Of a stretch of 64,000 bases of DNA, positions 1 to 9,336 are shown piece by piece. This DNA comes from a virus (lineage: Duplodnaviria > Caudoviricetes): IMG/VR virus record IMGVR_UViG_2824317532_000001, positions 1 to 64,000 of that record; one strand, 5' to 3'. Every line of letters starts with the position of its first letter. Within the stretch, counting starts at the first letter, position 1. Under the pieces are notes generated by a model that ran no database searches, was not told the DNA's origin, and worked only from the letters and a program-made list of their open reading frames with translations. The translations under genes were made by a program, and so were the position numbers.

Positions 1-333
1 ATGACCCGCCTCAGCGTCCGCGTCCCCGTTGACGGTGCCGCCGTTCACAAGTTCATCGATGACGTCCAGGCCGGGCGCCTCTGCTTCCCACTTCCCGACG
101 TGGCCCCTGTCGCAGGGATCGGCCTGGCCTCCCTTGTCGCAGCCTGCCGTGAACGCGTGGTCGCGCACATCGACTACGACGACACGCTCAGCATGACCCG
201 GGAGCAGGTTCAGGACCTTCTCCACCGGCTCGGCCCGGATGGCGACCTTACCGACGATGCGCTGGCCGAGGCGTTTCTCCGTGATCAGTTGCAGCCGGAC
301 CGGCTGAATCGGCGCCTGTGGGCGGTGAAGTGA
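1..333 (+). CDS. hypothetical phage protein
   Basis: 110-aa ORF with GC3-rich codons, TGATG overlap with next gene. Confidence 0.65.
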   Translation: MTRLSVRVPVDGAAVHKFIDDVQAGRLCFPLPDVAPVAGIGLASLVAACRERVVAHIDYDDTLSMTREQVQDLLHRLGPDGDLTDDALAEAFLRDQLQPDRLNRRLWAVK

Positions 334-545
334 TGACCGCCCCGACTACCGCCGACGCCCGTGTCGCCTCCTGGCCGTCGATCACCCGCGAGGCCGGCAC
401 CATCTACCAACTGCAGTCCGGCGGCTACCTGGTCGAGGTCGGCGGCGACTACCCGGTGTTCCACGCGGACGAGGACGACGCCCGCCGGTTCCTGCGCGCC
501 CTCGGGTTTCCGGCCGGCGGCCCTGTCCGCAACTTCGGCTCCTAG
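333..545 (+). CDS. hypothetical protein
   Basis: MTAPTTADAR..., start coupled to upstream stop. Confidence 0.6.
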   Translation: MTAPTTADARVASWPSITREAGTIYQLQSGGYLVEVGGDYPVFHADEDDARRFLRALGFPAGGPVRNFGS

Positions 546-610
546 ACGCGAAAACGGCTCCCCTGCCCGGGAGCCGCTCCTATCCACCCTCAGCCATGAG
601 ATGAGGATGA

Positions 611-805
611 ATGTCCTATCACGATAGCCGCACGCTGACGATGCCGCCCACGGCACCCGCCCACATTGGCACGGTCTGTGACTGCGGCACCACCTGCTGC
701 CCCGACTACGTGGTCCACGACCGGCAGCGGCGCGCCTCCGAGTCCGACTGGATGCGCCAGGCGCGGCAGCCGGCCAACTGGACGCTTGCAAGCGAGGCGG
801 CCTGA
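611..805 (+). CDS. small Cys-rich hypothetical protein
   Basis: GAGG RBS, CDC..CC motif, TGATG overlap with MTase. Confidence 0.6.
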   Translation: MSYHDSRTLTMPPTAPAHIGTVCDCGTTCCPDYVVHDRQRRASESDWMRQARQPANWTLASEAA

Positions 806-2520
806 TGCTGCGCGTCTACGACGAGTTCGCCGGTGTCGGTGGCACCAGCCACGGCGCCTCTTACGTGCCCGGTGTCGAGATCTACGCGGCGGCCAACCAC
901 GACAAGCATGCCGTCGACTCGCACACCCTGAACTTCCCCGGCGCCAGGCACTTCCAGGCCGACATCACCAAACTGCCTGTCGACAAGATGCCGTACGCGG
1001 AACTGTTCTCCGCCTCGCCGGCCTGTCCTGCCTGGACCGACGCGAACGGTGTCCGCCGCGATTTCGACCGGGCCAACGCCGAGGTGCAGACCCTGTTCGA
1101 GGTGGCCGAGACCGAACCGGATCCGAAGCTGAAGAAGCGCCTCGAGGAGTACAAGCGCTCGCGGCTGCTGATGAAGGAAGTCCCCCGCTACCTGCGGGCG
1201 ATGATCGAGCGTGGCAAGCCAGTGCTGGCGGGAATGATGGAGAACGTCATCCAGTGCCGCAAGTGGCACGAGTGGGACGACTGGTTCAACGAGATTGTCA
1301 AGCTCGGCTACGAAATCCGGATCATCGCGTTCAACTCCATGCACGCCCAGCCAGTTCGCTCGTTGCAGGCCCCACAGTCCCGCGACCGCCTGTACCTCGC
1401 CTACTGGCACAAGAGCCTCGGCCGGCGCCCGGACTTCGACAAGTGGCTGCGCCCGCACGCCTGGTGCCCGTCCTGTGACGAGCAGGTCCAGGCGGTGCAG
1501 GTGTTCAAGAAACCCGGCAACGACATGGGCCGATACCAGCAGCAGTACGTTTACGTCTGTCCTCGCGTGTCATGCCGGGGCCAGCTGCTTCGCCCGGAGA
1601 CGCTGCCCGCGCTGGCAGCGATCGACCCGACGATTCCGGGCACTCGCATCGGGGACCGGGCGAAGCTGAAGATGGACCCGCTGGCCGAGGCGACGCTGGA
1701 CCGGATCCGGGCTGGTGTTCGCCGGTATTGGGCGCCGCTGATGGTGCCGGTCGAGGGCCGGGACGGCAAGAAGGCGCTGCCCGCGTCGGAGCCGCTGCGT
1801 ACGCAAACGTGCCGCAACGAGACGGGGTTTGCGTTCCCGCCGTTTCTGGCGCCGGCTGGTGGGACGTGGCGGGACAAGCCGACATCGTCTCTGGACCCGA
1901 TGCCGACCCGGACAACCCGCGAGTGTGACGGGGTGGCGTCGCTGCCGCCGTTCATCACGCCGCTGCGTGGTGGCGGGGACAAGGAACGTGCCCGGTCGGT
2001 TCAGGATCCGCTGACCACTGTCACCGCCTCCGGTAACCATCACGGGCTGGCGCTGCCGCCGCTGGTGATGCGGAACAACACGGCCCGCGGTGACGCCGGG
2101 TATCTGTCGACGCCGGCCACCGAGCCGGTTCGTTCGATCACGACGGCGGGGCATCAGTCGCTGCTGGTGCCTTACTACGGGGCGTCCACATCGGCGATCC
2201 CGGCGTCCGGGCCGATCGGCACGTTGACGACGAAGGACAAGTATGCGGTCGCCACACCAGATCTAGATGCGCTGGCCAGCGGTCTCGACTTGGATGACGT
2301 GCTATTTCGCATGCTGGAGCCCCACGAGATCGCGCGGGCGATGGCGTTCGACCCGTCCTACCAGACCTCGGTCAAGGACAAGCGGACAAAGGTCAAGTTG
2401 TTCGGGAACGCGGTCACCGCACCAGTCGCCGAAGTCATCATGTCCGCGCTCGTCGAGTGCATCACCGGTGAGGACCTGGACCGCTTCGTCGAGCCGCGCG
2501 AGCTGGCGGTGTCCGCATGA
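805..2520 (+). CDS. DNA (cytosine-5) methyltransferase
   Basis: Motif I DEFAGVGG, motif IV SPACP, motif VI ENV, motif VIII QSRDRLY, motif X GNAV; long variable region with repeated PxxTxT units. Confidence 0.92.
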   Translation: MLRVYDEFAGVGGTSHGASYVPGVEIYAAANHDKHAVDSHTLNFPGARHFQADITKLPVDKMPYAELFSASPACPAWTDANGVRRDFDRANAEVQTLFEVAETEPDPKLKKRLEEYKRSRLLMKEVPRYLRAMIERGKPVLAGMMENVIQCRKWHEWDDWFNEIVKLGYEIRIIAFNSMHAQPVRSLQAPQSRDRLYLAYWHKSLGRRPDFDKWLRPHAWCPSCDEQVQAVQVFKKPGNDMGRYQQQYVYVCPRVSCRGQLLRPETLPALAAIDPTIPGTRIGDRAKLKMDPLAEATLDRIRAGVRRYWAPLMVPVEGRDGKKALPASEPLRTQTCRNETGFAFPPFLAPAGGTWRDKPTSSLDPMPTRTTRECDGVASLPPFITPLRGGGDKERARSVQDPLTTVTASGNHHGLALPPLVMRNNTARGDAGYLSTPATEPVRSITTAGHQSLLVPYYGASTSAIPASGPIGTLTTKDKYAVATPDLDALASGLDLDDVLFRMLEPHEIARAMAFDPSYQTSVKDKRTKVKLFGNAVTAPVAEVIMSALVECITGEDLDRFVEPRELAVSA

Positions 2521-2645
2521 GCGCCCACCGGTGGTGGCGTGCGTGGCGAATTCGCCGTAGCCGCAAGAACGTGCCGCCGTACAGCGTGGCTGAGCTGGCG
2601 GAACTGATCGCTGAGGTTCGCCGGCCGACCGGAGGCCAGTCGTGA
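2517..2645 (+). CDS. small hypothetical protein (42 aa)
   Basis: Not in ORF track; bridges ATGA overlap at 2517 and GTGA overlap at 2642. Confidence 0.5.
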   Translation: MSAHRWWRAWRIRRSRKNVPPYSVAELAELIAEVRRPTGGQS

Positions 2646-3499
2646 GTGACCTGTGCTTCTACCTCGGTACCCATCAGCCGCACTGGCTGGCATCACCTGC
2701 ACTCCCCCGCGACGCCAACCTGTTCATCTCCCACCGCCGCCTCGCCGGCCGCAAGTCGCTGCCGAAGGCGCGGGTGCGGTGGGCGCTTGATTCCGGCGGC
2801 TTCTCGGAGTTGTCGATGTTCGGGGAGTGGCGGACCAGCCCGGCCGAGTATGTGGCTGCGGTGCAGCGGTACGACGACGAGATCGGCTTGCTGGGATGGG
2901 CGGCGCCTCAAGACTGGATGGCAGAGCCGTTCATGCTGGCGAAGACGGGCCTGTCGGTGGAGGAGCATCAGCGGCGGACGGTCGCGAACTTCCTGGAACT
3001 ACGGGCGATGTGGCAGGCCATCGACCCATCGGACGAGTTGCGGTCGGCTCCCGAGTTCTGTGTGTTCATGCCTGTGCTGCAGGGCTGGCGGCTTGCCGAC
3101 TATTTGCGGTGCGCGGACATGTACGCCGACGCCGGGGTGGATCTGACCCACTTTCCGGTGGTCGGCGTGGGATCGGTGTGCCGGCGGCAGGCTACGGATG
3201 AGATCGGTGAGATCTTCGAAACTCTGTCCGTGTTGGACATCGACATGCACGGCTTCGGTGTGAAGTCGGTCGGGCTGCGCCGGTATGGCCGCTACCTGTC
3301 GAGCGCGGACAGTATGGCCTGGTCGTTTCAGGCGCGGCGTGCCGAGCGGCTGCCGGGATGCGTCGGGCACAAGAACTGCGCCAACTGTCTCCGTTACGCG
3401 CTCAAGTGGCGGGCGGAGATGCTCGGCTCGCTCGCCGGTCAGGAAGAGGCGTTCCAGCCTGCCTTGCCGTTGTGGGCGGGGACGGGGGCAGCTGCATGA
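2642..3499 (+). CDS. DpdA-like / tRNA-guanine transglycosylase-fold DNA base-exchange protein
   Basis: TGT-type motifs LDSGGF, PQDWM, PVLQG, GVGSV, HGFG, SADS and a C-terminal CxxHxxCxxC Zn site. Confidence 0.8.
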   Translation: MSDLCFYLGTHQPHWLASPALPRDANLFISHRRLAGRKSLPKARVRWALDSGGFSELSMFGEWRTSPAEYVAAVQRYDDEIGLLGWAAPQDWMAEPFMLAKTGLSVEEHQRRTVANFLELRAMWQAIDPSDELRSAPEFCVFMPVLQGWRLADYLRCADMYADAGVDLTHFPVVGVGSVCRRQATDEIGEIFETLSVLDIDMHGFGVKSVGLRRYGRYLSSADSMAWSFQARRAERLPGCVGHKNCANCLRYALKWRAEMLGSLAGQEEAFQPALPLWAGTGAAA

Positions 3500-3738
3500 T
3501 TGCCGCCGTCATCGTTGCCTTCCTGGTTGGTGCGCTCGTGGGCCGCTTGGTCACGCGCCGCCGCGCCTATCTGGTGTGCCAGCGGCAGGCACTCGTGGAC
3601 AACGCGTTCCGGCCTGCCATCTCGGACGGCTTCAATCCGGTGCCGCCTCGCCAGCGTCGCCGCTCCCCTGATTCGCAGCCGCTGTGGCAGCAGTTTTCCG
3701 ACCGGGTGCGCCCGGTGTTTCACGACGACCGCCGCTAG
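3496..3738 (+). CDS. small membrane protein
   Basis: N-terminal hydrophobic helix, ATGA overlap. Confidence 0.6.
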   Translation: MIAAVIVAFLVGALVGRLVTRRRAYLVCQRQALVDNAFRPAISDGFNPVPPRQRRRSPDSQPLWQQFSDRVRPVFHDDRR

Positions 3739-3798
3739 CCGACGGACCCGCCCTCGCACGTCTTCTTGTCCGCTCCCTTTGTCCTCGAGGAGCCTGCC

Positions 3799-3990
3799 AT
3801 GCCTGTCCCGACCCAGCCCATTTACAGCGGCCGGCACCGTCAGCCCGACCCCGGAGATGTCCAGCCCGACATCGTGCACGTCGAGTTCCGGGCGCGTGAC
3901 TTGGCGGAGTTGAACGGCCCGACCGTTCGGCTGCCGTTGCCGTCCAGCGCTCAGACCGCAGCTCGTGTGGTGTGGGGAGGCCAGCCATGA
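3799..3990 (+). CDS. hypothetical protein
   Basis: GAGGAG RBS then ATG; overlap with next gene. Confidence 0.55.
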   Translation: MPVPTQPIYSGRHRQPDPGDVQPDIVHVEFRARDLAELNGPTVRLPLPSSAQTAARVVWGGQP

Positions 3991-4523
3991 CCAGCCTCGA
4001 CGTTCCACCGGCTGTGTTGTTCGCGATGGATCCGGGTTTCGTCAAGGTGAGTATCGCCGCGGTGTTCGCTGCCGCCGTGTTCGTCGGGTTCGTCGTGTGG
4101 TGGTGGCTGGGCCAGTACCGGGTTGAGCATGACCGGCCGTGGTCGTGCTGCGGGTCGTGTGAGGCGCTCGACAGCCCCGACGACGAGGACGAGGACGAGC
4201 CGGACGACCTGATGGATGTTGCCGAGAGCGTGGGCGGCGACGTTCCGACGCCGGTGAACGAGGCCCGTCCGGGCCGGTGGGTGGCGAGTAACCGCCCGAA
4301 CGATGACTGGTTCGACAGCGTGTCCAGGGTCGCGAATCAGCAGAACGGGCGCTGGATCACCGGCCGCCAGCAAGAACAGGCCGGCCAGTCTTTCGCGGGC
4401 CAGGTGGAGGCGTACCTGGTGTCGCCGGAAGCTGCCCGCCAGGCGCAGTGGGAGACGGCTCACTGGGATCGGTCGGAGACGACCGGTGAGATCCGTCGCC
4501 GTCTGGGGGATCCGGGCGAATGA
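3987..4523 (+). CDS. membrane-anchored hypothetical protein
   Basis: One TM segment, acidic tract, coupled starts and stops. Confidence 0.65.
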   Translation: MTSLDVPPAVLFAMDPGFVKVSIAAVFAAAVFVGFVVWWWLGQYRVEHDRPWSCCGSCEALDSPDDEDEDEPDDLMDVAESVGGDVPTPVNEARPGRWVASNRPNDDWFDSVSRVANQQNGRWITGRQQEQAGQSFAGQVEAYLVSPEAARQAQWETAHWDRSETTGEIRRRLGDPGE

Positions 4524-4747
4524 CCTGGTGGGATCACTTCTTGGCCGACGCGGTGCCGACCGCAGTCATGAGCGTCATCGCGGCCGCAGCGCTCGGCACC
4601 TCACATCTGGTCGCGTTCCTGACCGGTGTCCGCTGGGAGCGGCGCCGCCGCTGGCGGGCGGTCGCCGATCAGCGGGCCGGGTTTCTGGCGCAGTCGCAGA
4701 TCACAGTGCCGCTGCTGGCCGCCAGCATGCCGGAGGCCGACCGGTGA
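4520..4747 (+). CDS. small membrane protein
   Basis: Hydrophobic helix, ATGA/GTGA overlaps. Confidence 0.6.
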   Translation: MTWWDHFLADAVPTAVMSVIAAAALGTSHLVAFLTGVRWERRRRWRAVADQRAGFLAQSQITVPLLAASMPEADR

Positions 4748-4983
4748 CCGGCGTGTGGGGTTACGTGATCGCGTTCGGTCTGGTGGCGGTCCCTGCCGCC
4801 GGGATCGCCGCAGTGTTTGTCCTGCACGACCAGATCGCGTTGCGGCGTGGCCGGCGTCTGGTCCGGCAGGTGCTGGAGCAGGAGACGGCCCGGCACATCG
4901 GCGACCTGGTGCCGGAGCAGCGGCAGTCACCGGATCCGGTGTGGTGGGAGTTCGTGCCGCAGCAGCAGGACGGTGACCGCTGA
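4744..4983 (+). CDS. small membrane protein
   Basis: VTGVWGYVIAFG... TM helix, overlaps. Confidence 0.6.
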   Translation: MTGVWGYVIAFGLVAVPAAGIAAVFVLHDQIALRRGRRLVRQVLEQETARHIGDLVPEQRQSPDPVWWEFVPQQQDGDR

Positions 4984-5591
4984 TGCCCGTCGCGCTGCTG
5001 CCCCCGATCACCAGCTCCGGACCTCAGTCGTGGGGTACGCCAGAGAAGAAGACCCCGATCACCAGTGCTGAGCGGTACGCCCGCTGCCGTGGGATGAGCC
5101 GTTGGCATCGCATCCGGTCCGGCTACCAGGTTGAGGACGGCGCCCGCACGTTCAACCTGTGGTGCGGCACGTTCGTCTCCGACCGCAACGCCAAGGCCGG
5201 GCCTCCGCTACTCGCCGACGACATCGGCAACGACGACGTGTGTGCGATCTGCGTCGGCAAGGCGCTGGGCGCCGGCCAGGACGAACTCCCGGCCGGGATG
5301 CCGCGGTTGCGGTTTGATCCGCGCTGGTCGACACCGCCAGCAGTGTGCCCGGGGTCGGGCGATTCGGGGCTGTGGGTGCCGGTGCCGAACTCGCGGAACG
5401 TCGTCCGGTGTCTGGCGTGTGGGCTGGTGTTGTCCGGCAGGGCGTCGGGCGGGGCGTACAACCCGCGGTGGGGTGCGGTCCGGCATGCGCCCGGCGAGGG
5501 GCTGGTGGAGCCGTGCCCGTTTCATGCGTGGAATCACCTGCGGCGCGGTGACGGCGAGCAGGTCAGCTGCGGATGCGGGTGGCCGTCATGA
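4983..5591 (+). CDS. Cys-rich hypothetical protein (putative Zn-binding)
   Basis: CxxC pairs, coupled ORF. Confidence 0.65.
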   Translation: MPVALLPPITSSGPQSWGTPEKKTPITSAERYARCRGMSRWHRIRSGYQVEDGARTFNLWCGTFVSDRNAKAGPPLLADDIGNDDVCAICVGKALGAGQDELPAGMPRLRFDPRWSTPPAVCPGSGDSGLWVPVPNSRNVVRCLACGLVLSGRASGGAYNPRWGAVRHAPGEGLVEPCPFHAWNHLRRGDGEQVSCGCGWPS

Positions 5592-5842
5592 GCGTGTGGC
5601 GATTCGTTGACGGTGGCGCGGTCCGGCACCTGATCGATGAGGACGACGCTACGACCGCAGTGTGCGGGCACACGCCGTGGGCGGGCTGGGAGTGGCTGGG
5701 CGCCGCCGCGGCTGATGCCGGCGAGCTCGGGAAGCGCCGGGACTGCCTCGCCTGTGTGCGCATGGCGGGCTGCCCGCACGTGGCGTGCCGCACGACGGCA
5801 CGGCGGCCGGAGTTGCCGTGGTCGTGGGGTGAAGCAGCATGA
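5588..5842 (+). CDS. hypothetical protein (H..C..CxxC)
   Basis: ATGA overlaps on both sides. Confidence 0.6.
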   Translation: MSVWRFVDGGAVRHLIDEDDATTAVCGHTPWAGWEWLGAAAADAGELGKRRDCLACVRMAGCPHVACRTTARRPELPWSWGEAA

Positions 5843-6090
5843 CCGACAACCACGTGTGCGTGCCGGTGGTGGACGCCGACGGGCAGGTGATCGCGCATGC
5901 CCACGTCTCACCCGACCTGGACGAGCGCGGGCAGCAGGCGCTGGTGTCGGTGGTTGAGGCGGTGCGCCGGCTGGCGGCCGAAGAGGAAGCTGCCGATCCC
6001 GAAGGCGCGGCCGAGAAAGGCCGCCGCCAGGAAGCGGCTATCGCGCGGATCCGGGAACGGGTACGGCGGGCACGAGGTGAGGCCGAGTGA
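5839..6090 (+). CDS. hypothetical protein
   Basis: ATGA overlap, helical C-terminus. Confidence 0.6.
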   Translation: MTDNHVCVPVVDADGQVIAHAHVSPDLDERGQQALVSVVEAVRRLAAEEEAADPEGAAEKGRRQEAAIARIRERVRRARGEAE

Positions 6091-6092
6091 GG

Positions 6093-6302
6093 TCAGGTCG
6101 CCGACTTCGGCTTGGGCATCGGGGCGGGCCGTGTCCTCTTGACCGGTCCGCGTCGCTTTCCCGGCAGGGGCGTGTCCGGGTTGTCGAGCCGCCACTCGAT
6201 GTACGCCTTCAGGTCGGCAGAGCGGCCTGCATCTCCGACGAGTTCGCCGTAGTCCTTCCACGTCTGTTCGTCGAGGCGGAAGCGGCGGAGGTTGTCGGGC
6301 AC
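6093..6302 (-). CDS. ribbon-helix-helix-like small DNA-binding protein (leaderless)
   Basis: VPDNLRRFRLDEQTWKDY..GRSADLKAYIEW RHH pattern; TACGCT -10 element 6 nt before the GTG. Confidence 0.65.
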   Translation of the reverse strand: MPDNLRRFRLDEQTWKDYGELVGDAGRSADLKAYIEWRLDNPDTPLPGKRRGPVKRTRPAPMPKPKSAT

Positions 6303-6400
6303 GACGCCAGCGTAAGTGGCGATCTTCGGGTGTGGCAACGACTGCGGCGACAGGTCACTTCCGTGTCTGGTTCGGCTGAGGGCTTGAGACATGGCACAAG

Positions 6401-6422
6401 TGTGGCTACATTTGTGGCTACA
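6401..6422. promoter_or_regulatory. direct-repeat operator TGTGGCTACA x2
   Basis: Exact 10-mers at 6401-6410 and 6413-6422 between divergent RHH and antirepressor-like genes. Confidence 0.55.
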
Positions 6423-6481
6423 GGCAAGCGGGTGCGCTACTCCCCCGCCAACATCCTGACCAGCTCGAAGGGGCTCTCCAA

Positions 6482-7378
6482 GTGACGATCACTACCAATC
6501 TTCCGGCGTCCACCGCTGACGCCGCGCTCACCGAAAGCGCCAGCCTTCGGGCACAGCACATGGCCCGCACTGACGTACTCGGCAAGGTCAAGGCGCTGAG
6601 CCTGCTGCCCGACGACATTCACGCCAGCACCGAGCAGGCCGCCAACTACTTCGAGGTGGAAGTCGAGGCGATCCGCAAGGTCGTCGAGCGCAACCGGACG
6701 GAACTGGAGACTCACGGATACCGCGTTGTCCGCGGCCAAGAAATGAAGGAGCTTGCGAGTGACATCCCGTCACTCACAAAAGTTCGGGCACTGGCCCTCT
6801 TCACCCGGCAGACGATCCTCAACATCGCCATGCTGCTGACCGGCTCCGACGTGGCCCAGAAGGTTCGCGGCTACCTACTGAAGGTTGAAGAGCAGGCCAC
6901 TCCCGAGGCTCGCGCGAATGCCGTTCAGGCGGTCGCTGAGCGCCCTGAGATCGAACGCGTCACCGTGGCCCGCGCCAAGATCGAGATGTTGAGCGTCGCG
7001 GTCGACGCCGGTCTCCTGGACAAGCCGTGGGCTGTCACGAAGACGCACATCATCGCTGCCCGCGCTCTCGGTGAGGAACCGGAGATGCCGGAAGAGTCGA
7101 AGCCGTACTACGTGCCGGACTTCCTAAAGGACATGGGCCTCACCGCCAAGGAGATCAAGTCCGAGCAGAGTTGGTTCGGCATCCGCGCGAAGGCGTACGC
7201 GGAAGACCAGGGCATCGAGGTCCCTGCAAAACGGCCCCGCGAACTTCCGGACGGCACAATCCGCGAGACCGTGGCATGGCGACGTGAGCACCTGCCGGTA
7301 TTCCAGGCGGTGTGGGAGCAGTACTACGCCGAGAAGTACGCCAGCCCGATGTTCCTCGAACTGGGCGGCGCCGCATGA
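6482..7378 (+). CDS. antirepressor-like phage DNA-binding protein
   Basis: N-terminal TEQAANYFEV..AIRK..RNRTELETHGY domain plus LFTRQTILNIAMLL..SDVAQKVRGYLL (Bro/ORF6N-like). Confidence 0.65.
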   Translation: MTITTNLPASTADAALTESASLRAQHMARTDVLGKVKALSLLPDDIHASTEQAANYFEVEVEAIRKVVERNRTELETHGYRVVRGQEMKELASDIPSLTKVRALALFTRQTILNIAMLLTGSDVAQKVRGYLLKVEEQATPEARANAVQAVAERPEIERVTVARAKIEMLSVAVDAGLLDKPWAVTKTHIIAARALGEEPEMPEESKPYYVPDFLKDMGLTAKEIKSEQSWFGIRAKAYAEDQGIEVPAKRPRELPDGTIRETVAWRREHLPVFQAVWEQYYAEKYASPMFLELGGAA

Positions 7379-7620
7379 CCCGCCACGAGCTGACCTCTGA
7401 CGGCGGTTTTGAGGTCGTCGTCGGCTGGGACCGGCCGCTGAACACGTTCTTCGCGCAGGTGTTCGACGTGCACAAGCCGGAGGACGACGCCGAGGTCCTG
7501 TGGATCGGCGTGTCACTCCGCGAGATCCACGACCCGCAGCAGGTCATCGACGCGGTCCGCCCGTACGCGCAGATCCCCGCCGACCTGGAATTCCGGCTGT
7601 ATCAGGAGGCCCACGCATGA
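7375..7620 (+). CDS. hypothetical protein
   Basis: VVGWDRPLNTFFAQV motif, ATGA overlaps. Confidence 0.65.
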   Translation: MTRHELTSDGGFEVVVGWDRPLNTFFAQVFDVHKPEDDAEVLWIGVSLREIHDPQQVIDAVRPYAQIPADLEFRLYQEAHA

Positions 7621-7856
7621 CCGCCGCCCTGGATGCGCTCGACCGTCTCGACTACGGCAGTCCGCTGCCCGGTGACGTTGAGATCGCCGCCATCTTCGAC
7701 CGGCACTGCCAGTGGGAGGCATTGCGTCTCGACGACCGCATGCGCGAGTACGAGCACATGGAGTGGCTGGCCCGGCAGTGTGCTGGCTGCGAGGAAGGCG
7801 GCAGGGGCGATCTGTGCGACCTGCATGGCGGCGGCGAAGGCGGGTCGTTCCGATGA
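7617..7856 (+). CDS. hypothetical protein
   Basis: AGGAGG RBS, CxxC..CxxH. Confidence 0.6.
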   Translation: MTAALDALDRLDYGSPLPGDVEIAAIFDRHCQWEALRLDDRMREYEHMEWLARQCAGCEEGGRGDLCDLHGGGEGGSFR

Positions 7857-8434
7857 GCGACCAGACCATCCCGCGCACATGGCTGGCCGGCGACGGCGCG
7901 GGAGTGATTCTCGCCTGCAACGGCAACTGCCCGGACACCCCCGCCGGGGATCTGGTGGTCGCCGAGTACGGCGAGACCGCCACCTCCCGACCGGAGATCC
8001 GCAAGTTCCCACTTGGTGACCTCGCCGAGTTCCTGGCCTTCGCAGATACGCACGCCTACAACTGCACTCCGCCCGAGGAACTGGACGCGGACGCCCCACA
8101 CTGGGGTCCGCTGCGTGCGTGCCTACCCGCCGACCAGCTTGACGGCTGGATGTGGATGGCCCGGTCGACCTACAACGGCGTGATCGTCGAGCACTACAAA
8201 CACCACGAAACCCGAGGCGGAATCACTCTCGACCATGAGGGCCGGTACTGGTCTTCACGCATCATCAAGCACGCGTGCAGCCCGTGGTGCGACGAGCCTC
8301 ACGAGCACGACATGTACACCGACGTGCGCGAGTACTTCACGGTGACCGAGCACGAGGCATTCAAAGACGCCGGATTGTGGCCGTGGTCGCTGCACGACAA
8401 GGCGCACCCGGCACCGGAATGGCTGACCCGATGA
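7853..8434 (+). CDS. hypothetical protein
   Basis: Coupled ORF, typical codon usage. Confidence 0.65.
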   Translation: MSDQTIPRTWLAGDGAGVILACNGNCPDTPAGDLVVAEYGETATSRPEIRKFPLGDLAEFLAFADTHAYNCTPPEELDADAPHWGPLRACLPADQLDGWMWMARSTYNGVIVEHYKHHETRGGITLDHEGRYWSSRIIKHACSPWCDEPHEHDMYTDVREYFTVTEHEAFKDAGLWPWSLHDKAHPAPEWLTR

Positions 8435-9336
8435 CCGCCACGCTCGCCGGCCCGCACATCACCGAGGCTGACGTCTACGACCTGCCCGAGCAGGTGTACC
8501 ACTCCGATCCTGTCGTCGGTGGCTCCCTGTCCTGCTCGGGCGCGAAGAAGCTCCTGCCGCCGTCGTGCCCGGCCTTGTTCGATTTCGAACGTAAGCACGG
8601 GCAGCCGTTCAAGAAGGCGTTCGAGATCGGGACCGCGGCGCACCAACTCGTTCTCGGTGTCGGCCCGGAACTGGTCGAATTCGCCGGCACGGGCAAGAAC
8701 CCGGAGGCGTGGCAGAGAGAAGACGACAAGGCCGAGGTTGCGGCGATCCGTCAGCGTGGCGCGATCCCGCTGAAACCATCTGAGTACACCCAGGTCCATG
8801 CGATGGCAGCGAAGCTGCGGGAGCACCCGATCGCGTCGGCGTTGCTGACGCCGGAGGGTGGCAAGCCGGAGCAGACGCTGGTGTGGCAGGACCCGGAGAC
8901 GGGGATCATGCTGCGGGCGCTCGTCGACTGGATGCCAAACCGGGTCGGGAACCGGCTGGTCCTCGGCGACTACAAATCGGCGGTCACCGCGAACCCGGAC
9001 GACTTCCGGCAGGCCGCCTACAAGTACGGCTACTGCATGCAGAACCCCTGGTACCTCGACGGGATCCAGGCGCTCGGCCTCGACGATGACCCGGACTTCG
9101 TGTTCGTCGTCCAGATGAAAACCCCGCCGTACCTGGTCTCGCTGATCCGCCTGGACGAGGAAGCCCTCCGGGTCGGCGCCGAACGTAACCGGCAGGCGCG
9201 GCGCATCTTCGCCCGCTGCCAGGAGTCCGGCTACTGGCCCGACTACACGGGCCTCGACATCGCCGAGATCAGCCTTCCCCGATACGCGGTCACCCAACAC
9301 GACAACGACTTCTACGAGGAGCCCACCGATGACTGA
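8431..9336 (+). CDS. RecE/exonuclease VIII-like PD-(D/E)XK nuclease (DUF3799-like)
   Basis: YH..LSCSGAKKLL..CPA, GTAAH, RALVDW..GDYKS, YGYCMQNPWY. Confidence 0.85.
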   Translation: MTATLAGPHITEADVYDLPEQVYHSDPVVGGSLSCSGAKKLLPPSCPALFDFERKHGQPFKKAFEIGTAAHQLVLGVGPELVEFAGTGKNPEAWQREDDKAEVAAIRQRGAIPLKPSEYTQVHAMAAKLREHPIASALLTPEGGKPEQTLVWQDPETGIMLRALVDWMPNRVGNRLVLGDYKSAVTANPDDFRQAAYKYGYCMQNPWYLDGIQALGLDDDPDFVFVVQMKTPPYLVSLIRLDEEALRVGAERNRQARRIFARCQESGYWPDYTGLDIAEISLPRYAVTQHDNDFYEEPTDD

